Shown here in pieces: positions 1 to 10,780 of a DNA stretch of 64,000 nucleotides. The stretch covers positions 1,344,001-1,408,000 of the forward strand of contig CAWGLD010000001.1 in assembly GCA_963823335.1 (NCBI GenBank). Reading direction: 5' to 3'. Positions within the stretch are counted from its first letter, which is position 1. Every line of letters starts with the position of its first letter. The stretch is from an uncultured delta proteobacterium. Lineage in GTDB: Bacteria > Desulfobacterota > Desulfobacteria > Desulfobacterales > B30-G6. The position numbers and the translations under genes are program-made. Below the pieces are notes generated by a model. The model was given only the letters and a program-made list of their open reading frames with translations. It was not told where the DNA came from and ran no database searches.

Positions 1-2
1 AG

Positions 3-128
3 ACCATCAATCCTTTTGAAAACATTGTCGCCGACGAAAGCCGTTTTGATCCATCTTATATCGAAAGCATCGCTCCCCAGGCTGCTATTTGTATGGGGCT
101 TGCGATCAGAAGAGTGGATGACAAATGA
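3..128 (+). CDS. pilM: Type IV pilus assembly protein PilM, 3' end (partial at window edge)
   Basis: Open frame TINPFENI...APQAAICMGLAIRRVDDK* resembles the PilM C-terminus; its TGA overlaps the pilN ATG (ATGA). Confidence 0.85.
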   Translation, partial: TINPFENIVADESRFDPSYIESIAPQAAICMGLAIRRVDDK

Positions 129-727
129 TACGAATCAACCTATTGCCTTTCAGGGCTGCCCGTAAAAAGGAGAATGTCAGGAGACAGATATCCTTCTTTC
201 TGCTTTCTTTTGCACTCATTATTATTGCAGTGGTCTACTGGAATATATGGCTGGGCAACAAAATTACTAAATTGAAGGCTCGCAACCAGGATACCGTCAC
301 TCAAATTGCTAAATATGAAAAAATCAATGCCGAGATTGCTCAGATCAAAAAGACCCTCAGCAATTTAGAACAAAAAATCAAAGTGATAGAGACGCTCGAA
401 GGTGGTCGTAAGGATGCGGTGAATCTTTTGGAATCCATGACCGAATTGATTGTCAAAGAGCGCATGTGGTTCACCAGTTTAAATGTTCAGGGGGGCAACA
501 TTACGATTCATGGGGTTGCACTGGATGAGAGGACCATTGCCGATTTCATGAGAAATCTGGAAGGGAACGGAACCGGGCCTTACACCAATGTTACATTGAA
601 GTCGATTCAACAACAGCAAATCAAAGGTAAGGATCTGAACTTAAAAAGTTTTAATGTTACACTGACCAAGGCTGCCCCGAAAAAGGCCACAGAACCAGAG
701 ACCGCAGGAAAAACGAAAAAATCATGA
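125..727 (+). CDS. pilN: Type IV pilus assembly protein PilN
   Basis: N-terminal INLLP motif, single TM, coiled coil; position in pilMNOPQ. Confidence 0.93.
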   Translation: MIRINLLPFRAARKKENVRRQISFFLLSFALIIIAVVYWNIWLGNKITKLKARNQDTVTQIAKYEKINAEIAQIKKTLSNLEQKIKVIETLEGGRKDAVNLLESMTELIVKERMWFTSLNVQGGNITIHGVALDERTIADFMRNLEGNGTGPYTNVTLKSIQQQQIKGKDLNLKSFNVTLTKAAPKKATEPETAGKTKKS

Positions 728-1350
728 AAAAATCAAATCTTTCCATGCAAATATTTGCACCTGCTATCGAATGGGTAGAAGCCAGAACCAAATTGCAGCG
801 TATACTGATTTATGCTTCGGCCATTGTTCTTCTTGTGGGGGCCTTTGCATATTTTGCTTATCTGCCGAAACACAAGGAGATCGGCACCCTGGAAACAGAG
901 TACAAGAAACTTGCAGAACAACTTGACAAGGCAAGAAAGACTGCCAAACAACTCAATTACTATCGCACAAAAATGAAGGCTGCAGAAGCCCAGTTCAATA
1001 TCGTCATGAAAGCACTGCCGGAGAAAGAAGAAATCCCAACCTTGCTGAACGGCATCTCACAGGCGGCCAGAGATGCAGGCCTTGATATCACAAAGTTTCA
1101 GCCCAACCCGGAAATTGCAAAAGAGTTCTATGCGGAAGTACCCATTGCAATCAATGTTTCGGGAGGTTATCATAACGTGGCGATGTTTTTTGACAAGATA
1201 TCGAATTTACCCAGAATTGTAACAATCGACGCCGTCAGACTGTTACCGGACAAGGAGGGGCTTACACTTTCGACATCTTGTACGGCTGTTACATATAAGT
1301 TCATTGAACCTGTCGAAAAGAAGCCATCGGGCAAGAAAAAGAAAAAATAA
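724..1350 (+). CDS. pilO: Type IV pilus assembly protein PilO
   Basis: TM + coiled coil, LPEKEEIPTLL and FYAEVPI...GGYHNVAMFFD motifs; ATGA overlap with pilN. Confidence 0.93.
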   Translation: MKKSNLSMQIFAPAIEWVEARTKLQRILIYASAIVLLVGAFAYFAYLPKHKEIGTLETEYKKLAEQLDKARKTAKQLNYYRTKMKAAEAQFNIVMKALPEKEEIPTLLNGISQAARDAGLDITKFQPNPEIAKEFYAEVPIAINVSGGYHNVAMFFDKISNLPRIVTIDAVRLLPDKEGLTLSTSCTAVTYKFIEPVEKKPSGKKKKK

Positions 1351-2037
1351 TTGCAGGGAATGATAGCTAACATTATGTCTAAGCATACCTTTTCCATACG
1401 TATTGCCATCTGTTTGCTGGGTCTTCTGGTTCTGATCACCGGGTGTCAGGATAAGGCCGGTGAGGTCGAAAAGACATCAACGGTTGTCAGTCAGAAAATA
1501 TCAACCGAAATGCAGAAGGTCACGCCACAACCACCTGAAATAAAAGAAGCTTTGTCGGAATCCCAGGAGGGTACGGTGGAGACAAAAACGATGACCAAGT
1601 CTGCGGCTGAAAAGTTCGATACCCAGTCACTGATTCCTGACCTGGCGCTCGGATATGATTCCAAGGACAGAATAGACCCGTTTGTGCCCCTGGTGAAAGA
1701 AGAGCCGGTCGTTGTTGAAAAGAAGGAATTAGTCGAGGCAAGAAAAGGTGGGGTTATTGAAAAGCGCACCAAGACCCCCCTGGAAAAAATCGAACTCGAT
1801 CAACTGGAACTGAAAGCGATTATCATAGCCCCAAGTGGCAACAAAGCACTCGTGGAAGAATCTACTGGAAAGGGCTATATCATAAGGAAAGGTACTTATA
1901 TCGGAAGAAACGATGGCAAGGTCTTAAAAATATTGAAAGATAAGGTTGTTGTTGAGGAAATGACAGAAAATTCCGAAGGCAAAATGACAGTAAAGGAAAA
2001 AGAAATCAAACTTCCGAAACCTCCCGGAGAAGAATAA
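1351..2037 (+). CDS. pilP: Type IV pilus assembly lipoprotein PilP (true start probably ATG 1360 or 1375)
   Basis: Lipobox LITGC, RIDPF motif, PLEKIELDQLEL...YIGRNDGKV beta domain. Confidence 0.9.
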   Translation: MQGMIANIMSKHTFSIRIAICLLGLLVLITGCQDKAGEVEKTSTVVSQKISTEMQKVTPQPPEIKEALSESQEGTVETKTMTKSAAEKFDTQSLIPDLALGYDSKDRIDPFVPLVKEEPVVVEKKELVEARKGGVIEKRTKTPLEKIELDQLELKAIIIAPSGNKALVEESTGKGYIIRKGTYIGRNDGKVLKILKDKVVVEEMTENSEGKMTVKEKEIKLPKPPGEE

Positions 2038-2038
2038 C

Positions 2039-4435
2039 ATGGCAGACTCAAGGAAAAATTTGTTTACCCAAACAGCAATCATCTTGGCTCTGATTGCATG
2101 GATGATGGTACTAGGGGCTTGTTCAGCGAAACAGCCGTCGGTTTCACCGGAGGTTGTTAAGCCACTTGAACTCAAGGCAATCCAATCGATTTCTACGGTG
2201 CAGGAAAACGATCAATTCAAAATAGAAGTTGGCAGCGATCGACTGTTGACCTACACCTCTGTCAAAAAACCATCTCCCCTGAGTGTTGTGCTTTATTTTC
2301 CTGAAACCGTGATAGACGGTGCTGTAACAGATATCGTCATCGATAGTGACGTGGTAAATTTTGTAACGGCATCGGCGATTTCGAGCGAGGGACAGGCCGC
2401 CAGAATTGAGATCGGACTCAAGCAGGATGCCCCTTATGAAGTGATCCGTGGAGAAAGCGGCCTGAGTGTCGTGTTCAATACGGCTGTCGGCGAAAAAACA
2501 CGTGAAACCGTAATGAGCACAGGTACCAAGACAACGTCACCTGTATCGGCAGTTAGCCAGCCGGCCATCGTTGTTGCCAGCGAAACCACAACCGAGGAGA
2601 CCACCGATGTCGCTCAGAACGCCATGGCGAGTGCGGCAGAAAGCTCTTCAACGGTGAAAGAATCCCCAGGGCCAGGGTTGGCCTGGATCAACAGAATCGA
2701 TTTCGCCAGTGAAGAGGCTGGAAAATCGACGGTTATTATTGGAACGACACATCCTGTAACTTACAGTATCAAGAAAAAAACCGACACATGGATTCAACTG
2801 CAATTAAACAACACCAACCTTCCCGATTACCGAAAACACCCCTTGGTAACCACGCGGTTTGAAAGTGCAGTCAACCGAATTCTGCCGGTTCAAAAACTTG
2901 AAATGAAAACGGAGACGCTCTTTTCCTTTGAGCTGCGTGAGTCCGTGCCCTTCTTTGTGGAGCAGAACGGAAATTTTATCATGGTTCATTTTGAGGCCTC
3001 ATCTATTCCGCCAAAACCGCTGGCGGAAGCGGATCTGCCTCCATGGAAAACGATTATGGCCGAGTTGGCCATACAGGGCCAGGCCGAAACAACGGACGCC
3101 AACGTCCAAGGGCTGACACAGGCGACCGGAGAGAAACCGGTTGAAGCTGCAGTAGAAACGAACGATGCCTCCATGACCATGGCGCCCTCTCAAATGCCAA
3201 GAAGATATAGCGGCGAAAAGATCGCTCTTGACTTCTTTGAAACAGATATCAAGAATGTATTTCGCATCCTGAGAGAAATCAGCGGCAAAAATTTTGCCAT
3301 CGACAAAGATGTTTCAGGCCAGGTAACTTTGACCCTCGACAAACCGGTTCCCTGGGACCAGGTCCTGGATCTGGTTTTACGGATGAACCAGCTGGGAAAA
3401 GTCCATGAGGACACTATAATTCGCATTGCAACGTTGAACACGCTTAAAAGCGAAGAAGAACTCAAGGCCGCTAAAATTGCAGCTGCCCAGGAGGTTTTGC
3501 AGCAGGAGAAGGCTCTGGAACCGTTGGTCACAGAGTATATTGCCGTCAATTACAGCAATGCCACAACCGAGATCCTGCCCCACATCAAAAATATTCTGAC
3601 ACCGGAGAGAGGGACGGTCAGTGTCGATACCCGCAACAACCAGATTATCCTGACCGATACCGCTGATAAAGTCTGGCAGGCAAAAGAAATCGTCAATCGG
3701 ATCGACAAGGTGACTCCCCAGGTTATCATCGAGGCACGTATTGCAGAAGTGAATACCGACGTTTCAAGCGAGTTCGGTTTTGACTGGGATCTGAACGTCG
3801 GGCCTTCCAACAATGATTTCCTCAATGGGAATCTGGCCGGCGATATGGCCATGAATTTTCCGGCGGCGGCCGCTAACTCAAGCATCGGTTTTAATTTCGC
3901 TAAACTCACGGGAACGCCCGTTGTCTTGAACGCGCGTCTCAATGCGCTGGAAACAAATGGTGATGGCAAGATTATTTCATCACCCAAGATCGTGACTCTG
4001 GACAACAAGAAAGCCAAAATAAAGCAGGGTATTGAATATCCGTATCTCGAAAGGGACGATACCGGCGGCTCTTCCGTTTCGTTTAAAGACATCGACCTGC
4101 TCCTGGAAGTCACACCGCATGTTACCCCGGACAATCGTGTTTCCATGGAAATCGTCATAACAAAAAACGACATCGACAGCATCACCAATGGCGTGCCATC
4201 CCTGTCGACCAATGAAGCAGAGACGGAACTGCTGGTAAACGATGGTGACACCATCGTTATCGGCGGTATCATGAAAACCCGCAAAATCAATGCCAGCCGC
4301 GGGTTTCCCTGGCTATCCAAAATTCCGGTGCTGGGCTGGTTTTTTAAAACAGAATCCGACTCAAAAGAGAGTTCAGAGCTACTGATTTTCATTACACCCA
4401 AGATTGTAAAACTGGAACAGCGCCAGATACTTTAG
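2039..4435 (+). CDS. pilQ: Type IV pilus secretin PilQ with N-terminal AMIN-like domains
   Basis: YSGEKIALDF..DI, PWDQVLD, QVIIEARIAEV, PWLSKIPVLGWFF, ELLIFITPKI secretin motifs. Confidence 0.96.
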   Translation: MADSRKNLFTQTAIILALIAWMMVLGACSAKQPSVSPEVVKPLELKAIQSISTVQENDQFKIEVGSDRLLTYTSVKKPSPLSVVLYFPETVIDGAVTDIVIDSDVVNFVTASAISSEGQAARIEIGLKQDAPYEVIRGESGLSVVFNTAVGEKTRETVMSTGTKTTSPVSAVSQPAIVVASETTTEETTDVAQNAMASAAESSSTVKESPGPGLAWINRIDFASEEAGKSTVIIGTTHPVTYSIKKKTDTWIQLQLNNTNLPDYRKHPLVTTRFESAVNRILPVQKLEMKTETLFSFELRESVPFFVEQNGNFIMVHFEASSIPPKPLAEADLPPWKTIMAELAIQGQAETTDANVQGLTQATGEKPVEAAVETNDASMTMAPSQMPRRYSGEKIALDFFETDIKNVFRILREISGKNFAIDKDVSGQVTLTLDKPVPWDQVLDLVLRMNQLGKVHEDTIIRIATLNTLKSEEELKAAKIAAAQEVLQQEKALEPLVTEYIAVNYSNATTEILPHIKNILTPERGTVSVDTRNNQIILTDTADKVWQAKEIVNRIDKVTPQVIIEARIAEVNTDVSSEFGFDWDLNVGPSNNDFLNGNLAGDMAMNFPAAAANSSIGFNFAKLTGTPVVLNARLNALETNGDGKIISSPKIVTLDNKKAKIKQGIEYPYLERDDTGGSSVSFKDIDLLLEVTPHVTPDNRVSMEIVITKNDIDSITNGVPSLSTNEAETELLVNDGDTIVIGGIMKTRKINASRGFPWLSKIPVLGWFFKTESDSKESSELLIFITPKIVKLEQRQIL

Positions 4436-4464
4436 CCGGCGCGTTCTTTCTGCCCCCTCCCCAG

Positions 4465-4507
4465 AAAAAAGCCCGCCATCGCAATGGTGCGATGAGCGGG
4501 CTTTTTT
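4465..4507. terminator. Bidirectional intrinsic terminator
   Basis: AAAAAAGCCCG-CCATCGCA...TGCGATGAG-CGGGCTTTTTT stem with A/T tracts on both sides, between convergent genes. Confidence 0.85.
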
Positions 4508-5273
4508 ATTGACGGCTTTTTATTTTTAAAATCTCTATTTGCGCAGTTTCTGCAAGGGGTGTGTTGGGTGACAGGGATAAGACCTTCTGGTAGGCAAGCA
4601 AGGCCATCTGGGTATTACCTGACATATGGTGAGCGTTACCCAGCTCCAGGTAAAGCTCTGCTGACTGGGGTGCGCTTTTGACCGCTTTTTCAAGTATCGC
4701 CGCCGCCTGGTAGGTTTTGTTAGTGGCGACATAGGTTCTAGCCAGACCCCGGAGGGCTAGAACAAAGTTAGGCTCCAGATCGAGTGCCTCCAGATAGTAT
4801 TTTTCCGCATTGGTATAATCCTGCTTGTTGAAGTAGGCAATGCCCATATTCGTTAGGGGAAAATGGGGCGTGGCGTAGAGCATATCACCGGCGACGGTCT
4901 TGAATTGCTCAATGGCGGCATCCCAGTCCTGTTTTGCCATGTATACGGTACCCAGATTATTTTTTGCGGGTGCGTATTCGGGACGGATACGGATGGCCTT
5001 TTGGAAGTGAAATTCAGCCTTGTCGAAATGCTGCTTTGCCATGTAAGCCAGACCCAGGTCGTTGTGCAGCAAATGATCGTTGGAATAGAGTTTTTCGGCC
5101 TTTAAAAGCTCTTTGAGCGATTCCGTATAGTTTCCCTGCTGCATGTAGGCCTCTCCCAGAACCCGTGTCGTACGGGCCTGTTGTTTGCGTTGTTCCAGCC
5201 CTCCGGCACAGGCGATCATCGTGACCAGCCATGGAATTGCAAGCACATATAGTAGATTTGTTTTTCGTGTCAT
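4506..5273 (-). CDS. TPR lipoprotein, pilotin of the PilF/PilW/Tgl type
   Basis: Lipobox MIAC, serial TPRs, NNLG and LYATP motifs; adjacent to pilQ. Confidence 0.8.
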   Translation of the reverse strand: MTRKTNLLYVLAIPWLVTMIACAGGLEQRKQQARTTRVLGEAYMQQGNYTESLKELLKAEKLYSNDHLLHNDLGLAYMAKQHFDKAEFHFQKAIRIRPEYAPAKNNLGTVYMAKQDWDAAIEQFKTVAGDMLYATPHFPLTNMGIAYFNKQDYTNAEKYYLEALDLEPNFVLALRGLARTYVATNKTYQAAAILEKAVKSAPQSAELYLELGNAHHMSGNTQMALLAYQKVLSLSPNTPLAETAQIEILKIKSRQ

Positions 5274-5333
5274 ATAAGCTCCCAACGCTATCAGCGAATT
5301 TCGGTTATGAACATGCCGGGCTGTTTGATCGTT

Positions 5334-7118
5334 TTACTCGAACAAACCGGCCAAAACCACCTTGACATCATCTTCATTAAAAAACTGCAAGACACGATTA
5401 TGCAGAGGGATTGCAGAGATCAGAACCCTTGAACCCTTTGTTTTTGTAATCAGGAATCCCTTAATTCTAATTTTCGTATTGAAATCAGCCGGTCTTTTTG
5501 CGGCATAAAATACGGGATCCCTGAGATAGGCATCGCCAATGGCATCGAGGATATGGGTGATAAGCGTGTTGATACTGTCGTCTTGCTTTATCTGAATGAC
5601 TTTGAGGCCTGTTTTCTGTATTTCTGCGATGGCATCGCCATAAAGATCACCAAAATCTATTAAAAATTCATTGCCGCTGTCTGTGGAAACCAGATTTGAA
5701 ACTGCCTGCACCTGAGTTCCGGCATAGGGAAAGGTAATCGTAATGTCCTTGGAGTATTGATTTCCCAGGGCTTCGATCAGTTCTTTGACAAAGGTTTTCC
5801 GGTGGATAGGCGTCAGGGTGACCACGTCAGGCAGGACAAAAGGCGTCGATGAGGCGGTACTGGTTTCAGGTTCATGGACCCCGACCTCGCTTTCCAGGAT
5901 ATCTTTTATGACGATATGATGCTGATCCAGGTACCGCACCATGGCATCAGAGGTTTTTTGAGCGGTATTTTCTATCAATGAAATGCAGGTATGGCGGGTG
6001 ATACCATCTTCGTCGGCCGGGCTGAGTTTTATCCATTTGGCTGTCACCACGACACGCATGCCATTATCTGAAAAGGATATATCGGTCTGGGTGATCTCTT
6101 TTGTGGTGTCCTGAAAGACAGCAGCTAAAATGGTGTCAACGGGGGTATCTTTTTCGATTTCGATGATATTGACATCCTCCCACAGGGACCGAAGCAGGCT
6201 CAGATCGGCTGTTGAGGCGTCGGTTTTGTTTACAAAAACGATTCGCGAGCCCTCCTTCAGTTCGATAACCGGAAATCGGGACAAGTCCAACGCAAAGTCT
6301 TCTTTTCCTTTTGCCGGGAAAAAATAGGTTCCCTTGTTCAACAGTTTGCCGTTCAGTATCGCAGCGGTTTCGGATATGGGATCACCGGTAGCTTTCTCTA
6401 TACTGCTTGTGGTCTCAGGCCTCAAGACAGGGGTTTTCAGGGATGTTCCCATCAGCTCGTCTTTAATCTGCCCGGCTTTGTCAAACAATGACTGATACCA
6501 GGCCTGATTTCGAAGGGTGACATCGGGTAGTTTTATTTCCTGACCAATATAAATGAAGTTGATATTGTCCACCTGAGGGTTGATGGTTTTGAATAGTTGA
6601 AGCCCCTCTTGGTAGGACTTGGTGCCATAGGTTCCAAATCTGTCTGCTATCAGTTCTGAAATCGTATTCCCTTTTTTGACTTCATAGGGATTGGCATAGG
6701 AACCGAGAAGCTCGGACAACTTGGATATGGTGACAAACGGAATTGATACCACCCCCGAGGATTGATTTGGGAAAGTGCCGGGCTCAATTTTTTTTAGAGG
6801 AATGATAATATTCTGATTGGGTCTTATGCGGTCGATATTACGAATGTGCGGGTTGAGTCGTTTGAAAATATGGACAAATTCAATAAAATCCTTGGCGGAA
6901 AGTTCTCCTTTTTGTCGAAAGATCTTATAAACCCAGTCGTTATTCTGGACCACGTAGGGCTCACAAAGAATATCCCAGCCACGATCGTACTTGATTAGAT
7001 AACTTTTGTACAACACGGCGCCACTGGATGGTGTCACGGTGATGCAAAGCAGCCATAGCAACAGGGTACCCAGAAAGGAGACGACACTTTTTAAAAAAGA
7101 ATCTTTAAGGTGTTTCAT
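5334..7118 (-). CDS. Exported LysM-like domain protein
   Basis: Signal peptide; two LysM-like units (YVVQNNDWV...LNPHIRNIDRIRPNQNIIIP; YEVKKGNTIS...INPQVDNINFIYIGQEIKLP); start taken at MKHLKD. Confidence 0.75.
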   Translation of the reverse strand: MKHLKDSFLKSVVSFLGTLLLWLLCITVTPSSGAVLYKSYLIKYDRGWDILCEPYVVQNNDWVYKIFRQKGELSAKDFIEFVHIFKRLNPHIRNIDRIRPNQNIIIPLKKIEPGTFPNQSSGVVSIPFVTISKLSELLGSYANPYEVKKGNTISELIADRFGTYGTKSYQEGLQLFKTINPQVDNINFIYIGQEIKLPDVTLRNQAWYQSLFDKAGQIKDELMGTSLKTPVLRPETTSSIEKATGDPISETAAILNGKLLNKGTYFFPAKGKEDFALDLSRFPVIELKEGSRIVFVNKTDASTADLSLLRSLWEDVNIIEIEKDTPVDTILAAVFQDTTKEITQTDISFSDNGMRVVVTAKWIKLSPADEDGITRHTCISLIENTAQKTSDAMVRYLDQHHIVIKDILESEVGVHEPETSTASSTPFVLPDVVTLTPIHRKTFVKELIEALGNQYSKDITITFPYAGTQVQAVSNLVSTDSGNEFLIDFGDLYGDAIAEIQKTGLKVIQIKQDDSINTLITHILDAIGDAYLRDPVFYAAKRPADFNTKIRIKGFLITKTKGSRVLISAIPLHNRVLQFFNEDDVKVVLAGLFE

Positions 7119-8619
7119 CGATTTTCCTGAGTGATAGTAGCGATGCAATTTCATCCGAGATACGTTTGACATAGAGTTTCAGCGCCTTTTGACTCAACGG
7201 CTGACCCGGACCCGGAACATCCTTAAGGTCCTGGGGGTGTAGGTAAATCGGCGCATTGACAAGCTCCGGGACGGGTTTTATCCCGAATTCTGCAGGAAAA
7301 CTGTCGTTAAAATACATTTCCTGAAAACCGGAGAATTTCAATGCATGGGCTGTAGAGTCGACGATTGCCACATCATCCGGGCTGACGAACTGTTTTTTGA
7401 TGGCCCTGACAAGACCGGCAAGGGATTCACCGCCATGGGTGCAGGCAATGTGACCATTTCTGTTGGCCAGGAGTTCCCAGTCCATGATTGACTGTTCGTC
7501 CACTTCGACAAAAAATACGTTTTGTCGACCGCTCAGCGTATTGTATCGATTCACCAAATGGATCACGCGCGGCATGGAGACAGGATTGCCGATCATGGCC
7601 GCCTGGGCCACGCTCGGGGTGACATGGACGGGTTTGAAGTTACGTTTGTGTTCATCCGGTTCCAGATAGTAACGGAAAACAGGGTTGGCGTGCTCGGACT
7701 GAACCCCCACAATTTTAGGGAGATCCGTGATGACACCTGTCTGGTAAAATTTGATAAACCCGCTTAAGACAGCCGTGATGTTGCCTGCGTTGCCTATGGG
7801 CAGCACGATGACTTTTTTTCGCAGATCATAATCAAACTCCTGCGAAATTTCATAGGAATACGATTCCTGGCCCAAGATCCTCCAGGCATTTTTTGAATTT
7901 AGCAGGGCCACATGGTATTGTTCCGACAAGGCCTCGACCACCTTCATGCAGTCATCAAATACACCGGGGATTTCAAAAACAGTCGCACCACTACCCAACG
8001 GCTGCGACAGTTGCTGGGGTGTCACTTTTTTGTGCGGTAAAAGAACTGCCGACTTAATCTGTGGCTGGAGATATGCGGCATAAAGTGCGGCAGCTGCGGA
8101 CGTGTCACCGGTTGATGCACAAATAGCCAGCACGTCAGAAACGAATCCCTGCTGAACCAGGAAATGGATATAGCTCAAAGCGCTTGCCATGCCACGGTCT
8201 TTAAAAGAGGCACTGGGGTTTTGTCCATCGTTCTTGAAATAGAACTTGATTCCCACTTTTTGTGATAAGGCAGAATTGGCTTCCACCAGGGGGGTATGCC
8301 CTTCACCGAGATAGACAACGGAATCCAGGGGGATGGCAGATCCCAGAAATTCATGGTACCGGTAGATGCCTTTCAGTGCAGGGATATTCAGCATTCGACG
8401 ATAATCAAAGATTTTATGCCACATCTTACCGGGGATGGATTTCAATCGTTCGAAGGCTTTGTCAAAAAGAAGGAGAACGTGCCCGCATTGGGGACAGGTA
8501 TAGAGCAGTTTCTCGATCGGGTGTTCATTACCGCATCCCAGACATCGATATCGAAGGTCTCCCGCCAATTTCGGGATCAGGAACGGTTGAATATCATTGG
8601 GGAAATCATTAATTATCAT
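7105..8619 (-). CDS. thrC: Threonine synthase
   Basis: [13 protein letters not shown]-lysine motif, [16 protein letters not shown]. Confidence 0.93.
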   Translation of the reverse strand: MIINDFPNDIQPFLIPKLAGDLRYRCLGCGNEHPIEKLLYTCPQCGHVLLLFDKAFERLKSIPGKMWHKIFDYRRMLNIPALKGIYRYHEFLGSAIPLDSVVYLGEGHTPLVEANSALSQKVGIKFYFKNDGQNPSASFKDRGMASALSYIHFLVQQGFVSDVLAICASTGDTSAAAALYAAYLQPQIKSAVLLPHKKVTPQQLSQPLGSGATVFEIPGVFDDCMKVVEALSEQYHVALLNSKNAWRILGQESYSYEISQEFDYDLRKKVIVLPIGNAGNITAVLSGFIKFYQTGVITDLPKIVGVQSEHANPVFRYYLEPDEHKRNFKPVHVTPSVAQAAMIGNPVSMPRVIHLVNRYNTLSGRQNVFFVEVDEQSIMDWELLANRNGHIACTHGGESLAGLVRAIKKQFVSPDDVAIVDSTAHALKFSGFQEMYFNDSFPAEFGIKPVPELVNAPIYLHPQDLKDVPGPGQPLSQKALKLYVKRISDEIASLLSLRKIDETP

Positions 8620-9890
8620 GGTTCAATTATTTTCAGGTTGCCCATATACGGTTGAAGTGCTTTTGGAATGAGAATCGTCCCATCGGCCTGCTGACAGTTT
8701 TCCAAGATGGCTGCGACGGTTCGACCGACGGCCAATCCCGAACCATTGAGGGTGTGAACCAGCTCGGTACCTTTTTTCCCTTTTCTGCGAAAACGGATAT
8801 TGGCCCGTCTGGACTGAAAGTCTTCAAAATTGCTGCAGGATGAAATTTCCCGATATGTATTCTGAGAGGGCAGCCAGACTTCGATATCATATGTTTTTGC
8901 AGATGAAAAACCGAGATCACCCGTACAGAGGGTTATAACTTGATAGGGTAGCTCGAGGGTACGCAGGATTTTTTCTGCATCATGCAACAGGCTTTCAAGC
9001 TCGGTATAGGAATTTTCAGGCGCCGTAAATTTGACCAGCTCGACTTTGTTGAACTGGTGCTGACGAATGAGTCCTCGTGTGTCTTTGCCATAGGAGCCTG
9101 CTTCTGAACGGAAACAGGGTGTATGCGCTGCGTACAGGATCGGCAGGGCCGATTCGTCCAGGATTTCCCCTTGGTGGATATTTGTTAGCGGGACTTCGGC
9201 GGTGGGCACAAGGTAAAATGGCCACCCTTCAATTTTAAACAGGTCTTCCTTGAATTTGGGTAACTGGCCGGTATTGGTCATACTGGTTGCGTTGACGATG
9301 AAAGGCGGCAGGACTTCTTTGTATCCGTGTTCATGGGTATGGATGTCGAGCATAAAATTGATCAGTGCCCTTTCAAGTCTTGCTCCGGCACCATAGCAGA
9401 GGGGAAAACGGGTTCCGGTTATCTTGGTTGCCCGATCCAGGTCGAGGATACCCAGCTGTTCACCGAGTGTCCAGTGGGGTTTGGGTTCGAATTGAAAATC
9501 CGGAGGTTTGCCCACCGTCTTGATGATCGGGTTATCGGAGCTGTCGTTTCCCAGGGGTACAGATACATGCGGCAGGTTGGGGATCTGCATCAAGATTTCC
9601 CGCATTTGTTCCTCATTTTCTGACAAAGGTATTTCCAGCTCTTTTATTCTTTTTGCAACATCCCTCATGTCAGCTACCAGTGCATCTGCATTTTGGCCTG
9701 TTTTTTTCATTTCGGCAATCTGGTCTGACACAACATTGCGCCGATGCCTTAAGTCCTCAATTTCAAAAAGAATTTCCCTTCTTCTGTCGTCAGCTGCCCT
9801 GAATTGTGATAGATCTGCCATACTGCAACGATTTGACAACATCTTCTGGATATCATCCAGGTGATCTCTTATGAATTTAATTTCCAGCAT
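8616..9890 (-). CDS. serS: Serine--tRNA ligase
   Basis: N-terminal coiled coil, [39 protein letters not shown]. Confidence 0.98.
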   Translation of the reverse strand: MLEIKFIRDHLDDIQKMLSNRCSMADLSQFRAADDRRREILFEIEDLRHRRNVVSDQIAEMKKTGQNADALVADMRDVAKRIKELEIPLSENEEQMREILMQIPNLPHVSVPLGNDSSDNPIIKTVGKPPDFQFEPKPHWTLGEQLGILDLDRATKITGTRFPLCYGAGARLERALINFMLDIHTHEHGYKEVLPPFIVNATSMTNTGQLPKFKEDLFKIEGWPFYLVPTAEVPLTNIHQGEILDESALPILYAAHTPCFRSEAGSYGKDTRGLIRQHQFNKVELVKFTAPENSYTELESLLHDAEKILRTLELPYQVITLCTGDLGFSSAKTYDIEVWLPSQNTYREISSCSNFEDFQSRRANIRFRRKGKKGTELVHTLNGSGLAVGRTVAAILENCQQADGTILIPKALQPYMGNLKIIEP

Positions 9891-10138
9891 AGCAATCTCA
9901 TCTTGGGTCGTGTTGAGCCATATCGGATTTTATTATCTTGATGGGTATCGTGATTTGAAACGAATCAGAAAGATATTTTCTGGGTTGTTTTTGGCTTTCA
10001 AATTACCCGTCCGTCTAACATGCCCATCCAATTTAGTCAATGATTATTGAAAGTTGACTTTTCTCCAATTATTTATTATATTACTTTGCTCATATAAATA
10101 CTGTGTACAAATTTTAATTTCGGTTCCCGGAGAATACC

Positions 10139-10726
10139 ATGGAAGAAGTCCAAGAATCAAAAAGTGATATCCGCAATCGCGTTGTAGCGGCCATTCAGGC
10201 CCTTTCTGAGGAGGAATTGACGGCAAAGACGTCTCGAATTGAAAAACGACTCTTTGGATTTGCAAATTTTATGGAGGCAAATATATCCCTGCTTTACATG
10301 CCGCAAAAATTCGCGGTTGATACGAAAAGAATTATCCAGCGTTGCTTTGACTATCGTAAAATCGTTGCTCTGCCGGCATTTAATACGGAAAAACACGCTA
10401 TGCGACCTTTCAAAGTGGATGCGTTTGAGACAGACATGATCCTTGGGCCGCGAAATATCATGGAGCCTGACCCGGAACGGTGTAAAATCATACCCCTAGA
10501 GAGAATCGACATCGCGATTATCCCTGGGGTAGCACTGGATGAAAAAGGGGGCAGGATCGGTTCCGGCGAAGGCTATTACGACAGACTCATCGGGAAATTG
10601 CCTATAACGACCCGAAAAGTTGCCCTGTCCCTGGAATGCCAGGTTGTCCAGCAGGTTCCCATGGAATCACATGACAAATACATGGATATCATCATCACGG
10701 AAGATCGCGTTATCTATAAAATATAG
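10139..10726 (+). CDS. 5-formyltetrahydrofolate cyclo-ligase
   Basis: IIPGVALDEKGGRIGSGEGYYDR and ESHD..MD motifs. Confidence 0.92.
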   Translation: MEEVQESKSDIRNRVVAAIQALSEEELTAKTSRIEKRLFGFANFMEANISLLYMPQKFAVDTKRIIQRCFDYRKIVALPAFNTEKHAMRPFKVDAFETDMILGPRNIMEPDPERCKIIPLERIDIAIIPGVALDEKGGRIGSGEGYYDRLIGKLPITTRKVALSLECQVVQQVPMESHDKYMDIIITEDRVIYKI

Positions 10727-10780
10727 CCCGCAAAACCGGAGTCTCCTAACAGCAACGGAGAATGCGCTCACTGTTGCAGT

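Noticed and set aside
3550-4401. 283-aa antisense ORF within pilQ
   Set aside because: Shadow ORF opposite a well-supported gene, with no motifs
9891-10138. 6S RNA upstream of the 5-formyl-THF cyclo-ligase (a common linkage)
   Set aside because: The region is AT-rich divergent promoter DNA with no long self-complementary rod visible
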